From assembly GCA_040218735.1 (NCBI GenBank), contig JAVJQW010000042.1, positions 32,001-96,000 on the forward strand: a stretch of 64,000 bases of DNA, given 5' to 3'. Numbering within the stretch: position 1 is the first letter of the stretch; each line of letters starts with the position of its first letter. Origin of the DNA: Deltaproteobacteria bacterium. Lineage in GTDB: Bacteria; Myxococcota; Kuafuiibacteriia; Kuafuiibacteriales; Kuafuiibacteriaceae. The position numbers and the translations under genes are program-made. Positions 9,452 through 18,759 of this stretch are shown one piece after another. The notes under the pieces are model-generated. The model was not told the origin of the DNA and did no database searches. It was given only the letters and a program-made list of their open reading frames with translations.

Positions 9452-11806
9452 ATGCCGCCGGCGCTGAGCTTGCTCCTCTGCGCGAGCGTGGGGTTGTCGG
9501 CCGACGATCCCACGGTGCGCGGGCGCATCGCGTTGCTGCTCGTGGATCGTGGCGTGGACGTCTTCGCGGCGTCCGGCGCTGACGCGGCTTCCGTGGAACG
9601 TCGGGGCGCGCAGTACGTGCTGCGCTGGGCCGGCGCGCAGACGCAGATCGATGCATCGGTTCCGTCCGTGGCCGAGCTGGAGCTCGCCCAACGGATCGCG
9701 CTCGGCGCGCCCGGGCGGCCCGACGCTCCGACCGTGCCCCGAGTCTTCCTCGAAGCGCGCGGCGAGGTCCCCCTCGCGGCCCGCGCGCGCGCGGCGGAAG
9801 CGGTGCTCGCCGAAGGGCTGACGCTGACGGGCCAGGTGGAGCGAGCGCAGCAAGGGAGGTGCCTCCTCGCGACGCCGCGCGGCGTCGAGCTGAGAATGGG
9901 CGAGCCGGGACGCGCGTGCCGCGCCGAGGTGGCGGCGACCGCTTCGACGCCGTCGCGGGGTGGAGACGCAAGGAGATCCGTGCCGGCGCAGGCGGCGGGC
10001 TCTGGGGCCGCAACGAAATCTGTGGCGCGGGCGGCTGGGGGCTCCGGCGCCGCAAGGAAGTCCGTAGCCGAGCCAGGCGCGGGCTCGGCCAACGCAAAGA
10101 AATCGGCGGCGGGGCCGGGCTCGGCTTCGGCCGACGCAACGAAATCCGCAGCGGCGCCGGCCTCGGCTCCGGCCGCCGCAAAGAAATCCGCAGCGGCGCC
10201 GGGCTCGGCTTCGACCGCCGCAAAGAAATCCGCAGCGGCGCCGGCCTCGGCATCGGCCGCCGCAAAGAAATCCGCAGCGGCGCCGGGCTCGGCTTCGGCC
10301 GACGCAAAGAAATCCACAGCGGCGCCGGGCTCGGCTTCGACCGCCGCAAAGAAATCCGCAGCGGCGCCGGGCTCGGCTTCGGCCGCCGCAATGAAATCCG
10401 GAGCGGAGGCGGCGTCGGGCTCCGGCGCCGCAAAGAAATCGGCGGCGGCGTGGGCCTCGGCATCGGCCGCCGCAAAGAAATCCGCAGCGGCGCGGGGCTC
10501 GGCTTCGGCCGACGCAATGAACTCCGCAGCGGCGTCGGGCTCGGCTTCGGCCGCCGCAAAGAAATCCGCAGCGGCGCCGGCCTCGGCATCGGCCGCCGCA
10601 AAGAAATCCGCAGCGGCGGCGCCACTGGTATCAACCGACGCAAGGAAATCGAGCGGGGCGCTGGCAGCGGCTTCGGAGGACGCAACGAAATCCGGTTCGG
10701 TGTCGACGACGGCTTCGGCGGGCGCAACGAAATCCGGTCCGGAGTCGACGACGGCGGCCGCGGACGCAACGAAATCCGATTCGGAGTCGACGGCGGCGGC
10801 CGCGGACGCAACGAAATCCGCTTCGGGAGCCGGAGCGTCGAGCGGGGGCGCAACGAAATCCGCGTCGGAGCCAGGGGCGGCGCGTGACGGTGCAACGAAG
10901 TTCGGAGCAGGCACACGCTCCGCAGCGAGCGCCGGCTCGAAGAAGCGTGGCCCCGGGCGCCCCGTGGCACCTAGCTCGGCCCCCGGCGTGGGCCCGAGGG
11001 CAGCGGCCGACTCGGGCTCGGATTCCGGCTCGGCGACGGACTCGGATTCGGCCTCCGACCCGGATTCGGCCACGGATTCGGATTCGGACTCCGACCCGGC
11101 CACCGACTCGGATTCGGACTCGGATTCGGACTCGGATTCGGACTCCGACTCGGACTCCGACTCGGATTCGGATTCGGCCACGGACTCGGATTCGGACTCG
11201 GATTCGGACTCGGATTCGGACTCGGATTCGGACTCGGATTCGGATTCGGACTCGGCCACCGCCTCGGTTCCCCGCGCCGCGGCGCCGCCCCCCTCGCTCT
11301 CCACCTCCCCCGCGCGCGCCCCCCACGCCCCGGCCCGCTGGGCCGTCGACGCCTACGCCGGCGCGCTCGTCCGCGCGCACGGGGTCGATCCCGCCGCGGG
11401 CGTCGACCTCGCCTACCACCCGGCGTGGTACGGCCTGCGCGCGGCGGCCGTGTTCGTCGACGGTGGCCGCATTCCGCTGCGGGTCTACGAGCTGCTCTTC
11501 GGCGCGGGCCCCTCCGCGCGCCTAGCGATCTCACGTGTATTCACCGCGGGCGCCGCGTTGCTGTTCGGGGCGAGGATGCACGCCTATGACCTCGACGCGT
11601 CCGATCGAGGAGTTCGCTGGGACTTCTCGGTCGACGCGCCGTTCGATCTCACCTACTCCGGCCTCGACCCCGTCACGCTGGCCGTCGTGATCCGCACCGG
11701 AATCGACAGTCGCTCCCGCCGCCACGTCGATGACGACGGCGTACTGTGGGAACGCGGCGCGTTTCGCTTCGGGGGAGGGGTTCGCGTGGGCCTGACGCTC
11801 CCGTGA
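9452..11806 (+). CDS. Exported repeat-rich protein with a C-terminal beta-strand (OMP-like) domain
   Basis: Signal-like N-terminus; 14-aa K/A/S repeats and SD repeats; C-terminal amphipathic strands ending [12 protein letters not shown]; lies upstream of an ECF sigma/FecR pair. Confidence 0.7.
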   Translation: MPPALSLLLCASVGLSADDPTVRGRIALLLVDRGVDVFAASGADAASVERRGAQYVLRWAGAQTQIDASVPSVAELELAQRIALGAPGRPDAPTVPRVFLEARGEVPLAARARAAEAVLAEGLTLTGQVERAQQGRCLLATPRGVELRMGEPGRACRAEVAATASTPSRGGDARRSVPAQAAGSGAATKSVARAAGGSGAARKSVAEPGAGSANAKKSAAGPGSASADATKSAAAPASAPAAAKKSAAAPGSASTAAKKSAAAPASASAAAKKSAAAPGSASADAKKSTAAPGSASTAAKKSAAAPGSASAAAMKSGAEAASGSGAAKKSAAAWASASAAAKKSAAARGSASADAMNSAAASGSASAAAKKSAAAPASASAAAKKSAAAAPLVSTDARKSSGALAAASEDATKSGSVSTTASAGATKSGPESTTAAADATKSDSESTAAAADATKSASGAGASSGGATKSASEPGAARDGATKFGAGTRSAASAGSKKRGPGRPVAPSSAPGVGPRAAADSGSDSGSATDSDSASDPDSATDSDSDSDPATDSDSDSDSDSDSDSDSDSDSDSDSATDSDSDSDSDSDSDSDSDSDSDSDSATASVPRAAAPPPSLSTSPARAPHAPARWAVDAYAGALVRAHGVDPAAGVDLAYHPAWYGLRAAAVFVDGGRIPLRVYELLFGAGPSARLAISRVFTAGAALLFGARMHAYDLDASDRGVRWDFSVDAPFDLTYSGLDPVTLAVVIRTGIDSRSRRHVDDDGVLWERGAFRFGGGVRVGLTLP
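9968..10933. repeat. Tandem array of 23 x 42-bp units, core GCAA(A/C/G/T)GAAATCC
   Basis: The core recurs exactly every 42 bp from 9968 to 10892. Confidence 0.95.
11009..11254. repeat. Hexanucleotide GA(C/T)TC(G/C) tract encoding Asp-Ser repeats
   Basis: Direct reading of gattcg/gactcg units. Confidence 0.95.
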
Positions 11807-11854
11807 ATCGAACCGAAGGAAACTTCGCGGCACTTCATTCGTGAGTTCTTCGCG

Positions 11855-12409
11855 ATGTCGCTCAACACCCTGCAGCTTGCGGCGGACCAGGCACCGTCGC
11901 GCACCGCCGTCGATCGCGTAGAGCGCCTGTTCGAACGGCACCACGCCGACGTCTACCGCTGGGCGCTCCGCTACACCGCGGGGGACGGCGCGCTCGCGGA
12001 GGACGTCGCTCAGGAGGTCTTCGTCGCGCTCCTGAAGACCGTCGATCGCCTCCAAGACGACGACGACCTCGCGCGGTGGCTCTACCGCGTCACCGCCAAT
12101 CGCTGCCTCACCGTCCTCCGCCGCCGCCAAGTTCGCACGACGGTCCTCCGCGCGCTGCGTGTCGCCGAGCCGACGGCGCACGTCGTCGACGACCGCATCG
12201 CCGCCCGCGACACCCTCGCTCGGGTGTTCGAAGCCATGGCCGAGCTGCCCCCCAAAGAACGCGTGGTGTTCACGATGCTCCACGTCGACGGCCTGAGACA
12301 CACCGACATCGCCCGCGCCCTCGGCTACTCGAAGGGCTACGTCTCCAAGCTAGTCCAACGCGCGACCCAACGAATTCGCGCGCTCGGCTACGAGGTGAGT
12401 GATGACTGA
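11855..12409 (+). CDS. ECF sigma-70 factor
   Basis: AEDVAQEVF, WLYRVTANRC region 2; LPPKERVVF..DGL..DIARALG region 4. Confidence 0.92.
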   Translation: MSLNTLQLAADQAPSRTAVDRVERLFERHHADVYRWALRYTAGDGALAEDVAQEVFVALLKTVDRLQDDDDLARWLYRVTANRCLTVLRRRQVRTTVLRALRVAEPTAHVVDDRIAARDTLARVFEAMAELPPKERVVFTMLHVDGLRHTDIARALGYSKGYVSKLVQRATQRIRALGYEVSDD

Positions 12410-13256
12410 ACGTTTCGACTTCGTCTCGGAGCTGCGTCACGCCGACGCCGCCATCGCCGCGCTGGGGCCGCCCCCCCGCCTCGGCGCGCAGATCCGCGCG
12501 CGCCTCGAACGTGAGCGCACGAGTGTCACCTGGCCCTTCTTCGCGATCCCCTTCGCGGCGATCGCCGCGCTGTTCGTCGCGGTGTCCGCCGAGCCTCCTC
12601 GATCCCCCGACGTCGCTCGGTTCACCCCGGCCACCTGCGCGCCCGCGTCTCCGGCGCCCACGCTCTCGCTCGAACCCGGCTGCTCCGTCCAACTCATCGA
12701 CCCACGGATGAAACTCATCGCGCTCGATCTCACGGAGCTCCGACGCACCTCGGAAGGCTTCGTCGTCAACGTCGGCCGCGTCGAGTTCAACGCCGAGCTC
12801 ACCGCGACCCCCTTCACGGTCTACGTCGCCACCCGGCGGCTCGAAGCCATCGCCGCTCGTTTCGAAGTCGACGGCGATACCGTTCACGTCCACGCGGGAC
12901 GCGTCGTCGTGCACGACGGTCACGGCGGCAGCGCCGACCTCGCCGCGGGCGACGCGCTCTCCTGGGCCGAACCCGAGAAGTGGTCCAACGAACGCATCGA
13001 AGCCGAGGTCCGCCGCACAACGCAGCTCCGCGTCGACGGCGACTACGAACGCGCCGTCGAGCTCCTCGAGCAGCTCCTCGCCTCGCCCATCGGCGAGGAC
13101 CGCGCCGCCGTGCTCAGCTACGAACGCGCCTCGCTCCTCGAGACGCGTCTCGGCGCCCACGAACGCGCGTGCGCGCAGTTCGAGAAACACCGCGCAAGGT
13201 TCGGACGTGATCGCTACGCCGCCGCGGTCGACGCTGCGCTCGAACGGTGCCCGTGA
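12399..13256 (+). CDS. FecR-like anti-sigma factor with a C-terminal TPR-like region
   Basis: Single TM segment, GRVEF..PFTV..ARFEV..VHVHAGRVVV; overlaps the sigma gene. Confidence 0.75.
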   Translation: MMTERFDFVSELRHADAAIAALGPPPRLGAQIRARLERERTSVTWPFFAIPFAAIAALFVAVSAEPPRSPDVARFTPATCAPASPAPTLSLEPGCSVQLIDPRMKLIALDLTELRRTSEGFVVNVGRVEFNAELTATPFTVYVATRRLEAIAARFEVDGDTVHVHAGRVVVHDGHGGSADLAAGDALSWAEPEKWSNERIEAEVRRTTQLRVDGDYERAVELLEQLLASPIGEDRAAVLSYERASLLETRLGAHERACAQFEKHRARFGRDRYAAAVDAALERCP

Positions 13257-13300
13257 ATCGCTGGCCACCCGCGCCGCACTCGGCATAGCCTCCGCGCCCC

Positions 13301-14089
13301 ATGGCGCTGTTCGAGGGGCTGTTCTCCAAGACTCAACCGTCGTCGCTCAATCGATGGCAGGAAGCGTTCATTCGTTGGAATGCAGCGCGCCTCGACATCA
13401 CCGAAGAGGAGAGTCGACAACGTTACCTCGCGTCCGCCGCGGCGGCAGAGGGCGGACACGCGGGTCGTGAGTTTCGCAAGCACTGTGAAACCGCGCACGA
13501 GGTGTTCCGCGTCCTCTGGTCGGACACCCAACACGAAGTCCTCGACGCATACCGCTTCCACGCACCCATGCACTTCCTCCGCATGATCGCGTACACCGAA
13601 GCCACTTGGGCCGACGACGATCCGATCGTCCAAGCCATCGACCGAAACAGCGATGACTTCACCATCGTCGACTACGGCTGTGGCCTCGCGCAGAAGTCGA
13701 TCAACCTCGCCCGACGACACCCCGACCGCGCGCACCTGTTCCTCGTCGACATCCCCACGATCCGAAGAGAGTTCCTCGCGTGGTACGCCGCGGACCTCGG
13801 CATCCCATGTGAGTTCGGGGACGTCTCCGAAGACCACCCGATCCCCGAGCTCCCGCAGCACGACGTCTGTATCGCCGAGCAAGTCTTCGAACACATCTAC
13901 AACCCAGGCGAGGTCTTCGAAGTCATCCACGCCGCGCTTCGACCCGGCGGCTACCTGCAGACCAACGTCGCCGACCACAAAGAAGAGTTCATGCACGTCA
14001 CGCCCAAGCTCGAGGCGCTGCGCGAACGGATCCGTGCGCTCGGGTACGAAGCCCTCGTACCCGATCGGTTGTTTCGGAAGCCGCAATGA
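13301..14089 (+). CDS. Class I SAM-dependent methyltransferase
   Basis: IVDYGCG, VFEHI, ALRPGGYL. Confidence 0.85.
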   Translation: MALFEGLFSKTQPSSLNRWQEAFIRWNAARLDITEEESRQRYLASAAAAEGGHAGREFRKHCETAHEVFRVLWSDTQHEVLDAYRFHAPMHFLRMIAYTEATWADDDPIVQAIDRNSDDFTIVDYGCGLAQKSINLARRHPDRAHLFLVDIPTIRREFLAWYAADLGIPCEFGDVSEDHPIPELPQHDVCIAEQVFEHIYNPGEVFEVIHAALRPGGYLQTNVADHKEEFMHVTPKLEALRERIRALGYEALVPDRLFRKPQ

Positions 14090-14199
14090 AAGTTTCAGTC
14101 CCTCTCAGACCTACACACAACCCCTTTTCCCAACATATTTAGGGACTTACGGCTCGATTTCGACGCAACGCCGCCCGGCGTCGCCGCGATACACGAACC

Positions 14200-15855
14200 A
14201 TGGTCCGGGTCGAATCTCCCACCACGCAACGCAGCGGCTCGGTCGTCGACCCGGTCAAGACCGAAGACAAGCCGGACCTCACCGCAGTGGCGGATGGGGG
14301 CACCGAGGACGGCGGCGCCGAAGACGTCACGACGCCGACCACCACCCGACGCCCCGACTCACGCGTCGCGCTCGCCGCGCGCAATGGCGTCGCCGCGGAC
14401 GAACGTCGCCGCGCCGCGATGCTCGCCGCGCCGTCGAGCCTTCGCACCGAACGCCTCGGCGACGGCGAAGAGAACTGCCTCGAGACCGCGGTCAACGGCG
14501 CGCGAGGGCACCACGAGATCGTCTTCATGGAAGACACGCGCTCCGCCGAGGCCGGCAACACCAACGGCGCCGGCCACGCGCTCGTCCGCGATCCCGCGAC
14601 GGGCCGTGTGTGGGATCCGAACGACGGCGCACCGCCCCCCAACGCCAACGCCTGGCCCTACCGAAGCGCGGACGCCTGGGCCGCCTCACAAGGGCTCGGC
14701 GAAGGTGGGCCCGCCTACCGTGAAGTCGGATCCGCGCGCGCGTCCGACGTGCAAGCTGTCTTGCAGCTCCCGCCCGAGGAGCGCGCCGCGAAGATCGCCG
14801 AGAACCCCGCGCTGGCTCGCATCGCCGACCTCCAGGTCGCCGACGGTGACGACGACAACGGACCGAACGGCGCCGCCGCCGGGTTTGCGTTCCCGCTCGC
14901 GAACGTCGTCGACGGCACGCATGGCACGGCCGCGCAGACCGCCGTGCAGATCCTCGAGACGATGGCCGACGGTCGCCCGCCCTTCGATCCCAACGCCGGG
15001 CGGATCGGCGGCGTGCAGTGGTTCGTGACCGAGGGCCAGCCGCACGTCGGTCGCGGCACCAACAACCCGGTCACGATCCCCGTCGAAATCGAAGCGCCGC
15101 GCGGCACGGTCGAGTTCCGCGAGGCCGACCTCGTGCGCATCTTCGACCAGGAGCTCCCCGCCGCACAGCAGCTCGCCGAGCAGCAGTACCGCACGCGCCA
15201 CAACCTCGGGCCGGACGACGCGCTCAACAGCCGAGCGCGCAACACGATCCGTTACAACGCGGAGCGGATGGCCGAGCGCCAGATGTGGACGCGCGTCGGC
15301 GAGCGGGTCGCCGCCTCCGACAGCGGTGTCGGCCGCGTGCGCCTGGAAAACAGCCGCTTCAGCCGCGGGGGCAACGGCACGTTCATGCTGACGAGCCGCC
15401 CCGAGGCGGTGCGAGTCCGAGGCGGCGCGGGCGCACTCGTCGACATCATCCAGCGCACCGGCGAACCCGTCGAACGTGGCGTGCAGGAAGCCGCCGAGCA
15501 GCTCGCCCGAAACCAGCGATGGGCCGGACGTCTGCAGGGCGCCGTGCGCGTCGGCGGACGTGTGTTGCTCGTCGTCGGCGCCGCGGCCGACGGCTACCGC
15601 ATCTACACCGCCGAGGATCGTCCGCGCGAAACGGCGCGCGTCGTGGGCGGCTGGGCGGGCGCGACCGCCGCCGGCGGCGCGTTTGCGACGTGGGCCTCGC
15701 CGTCCCTCGCCACCGGGCCCTGGGGTTGGGCCGCTTACGGTCTGGGCACACTCGGCGCGGGCGCGGTCGGGTACTTCGCCGGTGAGTCGATCGCCGAGGA
15801 AGCCTACGAGCTCATCGTCGACGGCGACCCGATCTACATCGGGCCCAACGACTGA
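14200..15855 (+). CDS. Putative polymorphic toxin/effector (N-terminal C-H-D module, C-terminal Gly-rich hydrophobic hairpins)
   Basis: NCLE..GHALV..WDPN; hydrophobic GGWAGATAAGG..GLGTLGAGAVGY tail; small gene tightly downstream. Confidence 0.55.
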   Translation: MVRVESPTTQRSGSVVDPVKTEDKPDLTAVADGGTEDGGAEDVTTPTTTRRPDSRVALAARNGVAADERRRAAMLAAPSSLRTERLGDGEENCLETAVNGARGHHEIVFMEDTRSAEAGNTNGAGHALVRDPATGRVWDPNDGAPPPNANAWPYRSADAWAASQGLGEGGPAYREVGSARASDVQAVLQLPPEERAAKIAENPALARIADLQVADGDDDNGPNGAAAGFAFPLANVVDGTHGTAAQTAVQILETMADGRPPFDPNAGRIGGVQWFVTEGQPHVGRGTNNPVTIPVEIEAPRGTVEFREADLVRIFDQELPAAQQLAEQQYRTRHNLGPDDALNSRARNTIRYNAERMAERQMWTRVGERVAASDSGVGRVRLENSRFSRGGNGTFMLTSRPEAVRVRGGAGALVDIIQRTGEPVERGVQEAAEQLARNQRWAGRLQGAVRVGGRVLLVVGAAADGYRIYTAEDRPRETARVVGGWAGATAAGGAFATWASPSLATGPWGWAAYGLGTLGAGAVGYFAGESIAEEAYELIVDGDPIYIGPND

Positions 15856-15860
15856 ACGCC

Positions 15861-16250
15861 ATGACGAAGGACCTCACGTGGGCCGTCGAAGGCGCCCCCA
15901 TCGGAACGTGGACGACCAGCAACGGTACGTTCGATTCGATGATGCAAGACACGTTGACACTCGCCAAGGACGGCACCGGTTGGCTGCGCACGCGCTCGGC
16001 GATGCGCGGCGTGGAGTTGATGCCGGTGATGTGGCGCCACTCTGCGCCGGGCGTCATCAAGCTCGCGCTGTTGCTCCCCGGTGAGGACCCGAGCGAGCCG
16101 CCGGACTTCGAGACCATCCGCTACGGAGCTGTCTCGGTGAAACACGACATCGGTAACGAGAAGGTCGTCCTCAAGAACGACGACGACGACGTCTTCTGGA
16201 ACCTCGCCGGTCCGGTCGTCCTCGCATCGCGAACGCCGCGCGCACCCTGA
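15861..16250 (+). CDS. Small hypothetical protein, candidate immunity protein
   Basis: 129 aa, starts 5 bp after the toxin-like gene. Confidence 0.6.
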   Translation: MTKDLTWAVEGAPIGTWTTSNGTFDSMMQDTLTLAKDGTGWLRTRSAMRGVELMPVMWRHSAPGVIKLALLLPGEDPSEPPDFETIRYGAVSVKHDIGNEKVVLKNDDDDVFWNLAGPVVLASRTPRAP

Positions 16251-16255
16251 CGGGA

Positions 16256-16285
16256 TCGCAACCCAAGTTGCGAGGCTTCTCTTTT
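16256..16285 (+). terminator. Hairpin between convergent genes, possible terminator
   Basis: TCGCAAC-CCAA-GTTGCGA followed by a pyrimidine-rich run. Confidence 0.4.
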
Positions 16286-17258
16286 ACAGCGAGGGCGCGG
16301 CGTCGAGCGCCCGGTCGATTCGGTCGCGGATGCGTTCGAGCTCCGCGGTGAGCTCGGGTGGGCTCTCGACCTGGAAGTCCACGCCGAACCCCGAGATCCA
16401 CCACGCCATGCGCGCGAGGTCGTGCCCCTCCAGCTCGAGGCGGCAGCGTTCGGCGTCGATGCGTTCCAGTCGGGCGGACGTCGACGAGAACAGCGTCAGC
16501 ATCTGCTCGTATGGGGCCTCGAGTCGCACGGAGGCGTGGTGCAGGCATGCGCCGTAGGCACCCGAGTGGGTGACGTACGCGCGTAGGTCGTCCGCCGGCT
16601 TCGGGCGCGCCACGAAACGTTCGCCGTCCTTCACGTCCTCCATGCGGTCCACGCGGAACGTTCGCCAGTCGTCGCGATGACGGTCGAACGCGACGAGGTA
16701 CCAGCGTCGCCCCGAGTGAACGAGCCCGGCCGGCTCAGCAGTGCGCTCGGTCGTGCGGTCCGGTGCGCGGTAGACGAAGTGCAACACGAGTTGCTCGTCG
16801 CAAGCGGCCGCGAGTGAAGCGAGCCGCGCGGAGCTCACGCGGGGTTGGGTTCCGTCGACTGTGACGATCGCTTCGCGCAACGCGTTCGCGCGTCGCCGGA
16901 GTCGCTCCGGGAGGACACGTTCGAGTTTTACGAGCGCGCGGAGCGCGGCCTCCTCGATCCCCGCGCCCACGCCGGCGGTCGCCGTTCGAAGCGCGAGCGA
17001 CACCGCGAGCGCTTCGTCGTCGGCCAACGACAGAGGCGGCAAATCCGCACCCGCGCCGAGCCGGTAGCCGCCCGCGACGCCGGCGGCGCCCTCCACCGGG
17101 TACCCGAGCTCACGCAGGCGATCGATGTCGCGCCGTAGCGTTCGCGGCGTGACGCCGAGCCGCTCCGCGAGCTCCGTACCGGGCCACACGCGGCGTACCT
17201 GCAGGAGGCTCAGCAGACGCAGGAGTCGTGCAGGCGCGTTCGACACGGACGGGAGCAT
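16284..17258 (-). CDS. YafY-family HTH-WYL transcriptional regulator
   Basis: ELAERLGVTPRTLRRDIDRLRELGYPV; WYLVAFD..DDWRTFRVDR. Confidence 0.95.
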   Translation of the reverse strand: MLPSVSNAPARLLRLLSLLQVRRVWPGTELAERLGVTPRTLRRDIDRLRELGYPVEGAAGVAGGYRLGAGADLPPLSLADDEALAVSLALRTATAGVGAGIEEAALRALVKLERVLPERLRRRANALREAIVTVDGTQPRVSSARLASLAAACDEQLVLHFVYRAPDRTTERTAEPAGLVHSGRRWYLVAFDRHRDDWRTFRVDRMEDVKDGERFVARPKPADDLRAYVTHSGAYGACLHHASVRLEAPYEQMLTLFSSTSARLERIDAERCRLELEGHDLARMAWWISGFGVDFQVESPPELTAELERIRDRIDRALDAAPSL

Positions 17259-17271
17259 ACCCAGACTCTGC

Positions 17272-17317
17272 GGACACGACCTGTCCTCGATTCGATCTTC
17301 GAGGACAGTTCCTGTCC
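17272..17317. promoter_or_regulatory. Two GGACA-N5-TGTCC palindromes, probable WYL-regulator operator
   Basis: GGACAcgaccTGTCC (17272-17286) and GGACAgttccTGTCC (17303-17317) in the divergent intergenic region. Confidence 0.7.
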
Positions 17318-17340
17318 CCGGGCCCCGCTACAACGGGCGC

Positions 17341-17739
17341 ATGAAGAAGACCTACCGAGGCTCATGTCACTGCAAACGCGTCGCCTTCGAGGCGGACATC
17401 GACCTGGCCCAGGGCACCAGCAAGTGCAACTGCACGTTCTGCTGGAAGAACCGCAACTGGGGTGCCCAACTCATGCCCGAGGACTTCCGGCTCGAGAAGG
17501 GCGTCGACGATCTGAGCGGCGGCGACCGCGGAGGATTTTGTAAGTCCTGCGGCGTTCGCTGCTTCGGCGTCTACAGCACCGACGGCTGGGGCGAAGGGTT
17601 CGGCGGAGATCGCGTCTCCGTCTCCGTCTCCGTGCTGGATGACCTACCGGTCGAGGCGCTGGTGGAGGCACCGGTGCGGCACCTCGACGGCCTCCACGAC
17701 GACTGGTTCACCATCCCCAAGGAGACGCGCCACTTGTAG
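17341..17739 (+). CDS. GFA/CENP-V family zinc protein
   Basis: YRGSCHC, CNCTFC, FCKSCG. Confidence 0.9.
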   Translation: MKKTYRGSCHCKRVAFEADIDLAQGTSKCNCTFCWKNRNWGAQLMPEDFRLEKGVDDLSGGDRGGFCKSCGVRCFGVYSTDGWGEGFGGDRVSVSVSVLDDLPVEALVEAPVRHLDGLHDDWFTIPKETRHL

Positions 17740-17741
17740 CG

Positions 17742-18749
17742 CTAGTCGAGCGTGTCGAGGAAGTCGACGACGGCGCGGTTGTACTCACGCGGGCAATCCA
17801 TCTGCACGGTGTGACCGCAGCCGCCCAGCTCGACGAGCTTCGAGCCTTTGATGCGGTCGTGGCCGTACTTCATGATCTCCTTCGTCGGCGCACCGTGCAT
17901 GAATGGGTTCGGGATCAGGCGGTCCTGATTGCCGAAGATGATGACGGTCGGGACGCGCACGAGCGGGAGGTTCTCGCGGACGAAGTTGTTGTCCGCGAGC
18001 CCCTGCACCGAGCGGACGTTTGCGTACGCATAGGCGTCGAAGTCCGGCGTACCCACCACGCGAACGCGTTCCTCCACGAGCCACTCCAGCTCCGGACGCC
18101 AGCGGAAGAAGTTGTTGTGCTGGATCGATCCCCAGATGGCTTCTTCACTCGTGCCCTTGATGAAGGTCGTCGACATGACCTTCCGGAACCAGCGCTTCTC
18201 ACGCTTCGAGAACTTCTCGAGCCCGGCGGGTGACGTCAGGATCAACGCCTTGGGAATCTCCGGGTATTGAATGGCGAGCGCGAGCGCCGTCTGGCCGCCC
18301 ATCGAGTGCCCGACGATCACCGGTGACTCGATCTGGAGCCGCTCGGCGAGCTCCTTCACGACCTCGGCCATCGCGGGCATCGTGTACGGGAACGTCGCCG
18401 GCTTGTCCGACTTCCCGAAACCCACCATGTCGAGCGCGACGACGCGGTAGCCGCTCGCCGCCATCGTATCGAGCTGGTACCGCCAGAACTTCAGGTACGA
18501 GCCGAGCCCGTGGACGAAGATGAGCGTTCGTTCCCCCTCGGGGTTGAGCTCCACGTACGCGACCTCGGGCGCGGCGCGGAGCCCGTAGCGCTCGGCGACA
18601 CCCGGGAGCGCGAGCCGCTCCACCGGCCATGGGTTCCCGTCCACCGACGAATAGGTGAACTCGGCGAACGGGAGCCGCTCCTTGTTGGCGTAGGAGCTCA
18701 CGCAGCCGGTGAGCAGGCAAAGAGAAACGAAGATGGGATACGACCGCAT
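17742..18749 (-). CDS. Alpha/beta-fold hydrolase lipoprotein (candidate 3-hydroxybutyrate-oligomer hydrolase)
   Basis: Lipobox LLTGC; VHGLG, GHSMGG, Asp in NQDRL, His in CGHT. Confidence 0.85.
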   Translation of the reverse strand: MRSYPIFVSLCLLTGCVSSYANKERLPFAEFTYSSVDGNPWPVERLALPGVAERYGLRAAPEVAYVELNPEGERTLIFVHGLGSYLKFWRYQLDTMAASGYRVVALDMVGFGKSDKPATFPYTMPAMAEVVKELAERLQIESPVIVGHSMGGQTALALAIQYPEIPKALILTSPAGLEKFSKREKRWFRKVMSTTFIKGTSEEAIWGSIQHNNFFRWRPELEWLVEERVRVVGTPDFDAYAYANVRSVQGLADNNFVRENLPLVRVPTVIIFGNQDRLIPNPFMHGAPTKEIMKYGHDRIKGSKLVELGGCGHTVQMDCPREYNRAVVDFLDTLD

Positions 18750-18759
18750 GACATGAACC

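Noticed and set aside
9968-10933. CRISPR array
   Set aside because: The period is only 42 bp, the intervening segments are homologous to each other rather than unique spacers, the array is in frame within a gene, and no cas genes are present.
8730-11419. Long alternative-frame ORFs (8730-10970 -, 9439-11304 -, 9859-10887 +, 10631-11419 -)
   Set aside because: By-products of stop-free repeats; only the 9452 frame has coherent non-repetitive termini and fits the operon.
14097-14147. AGTCCCT...AGGGACT inverted repeat as a mobile-element end
   Set aside because: Only 7 bp, with no transposase or target-site duplication.
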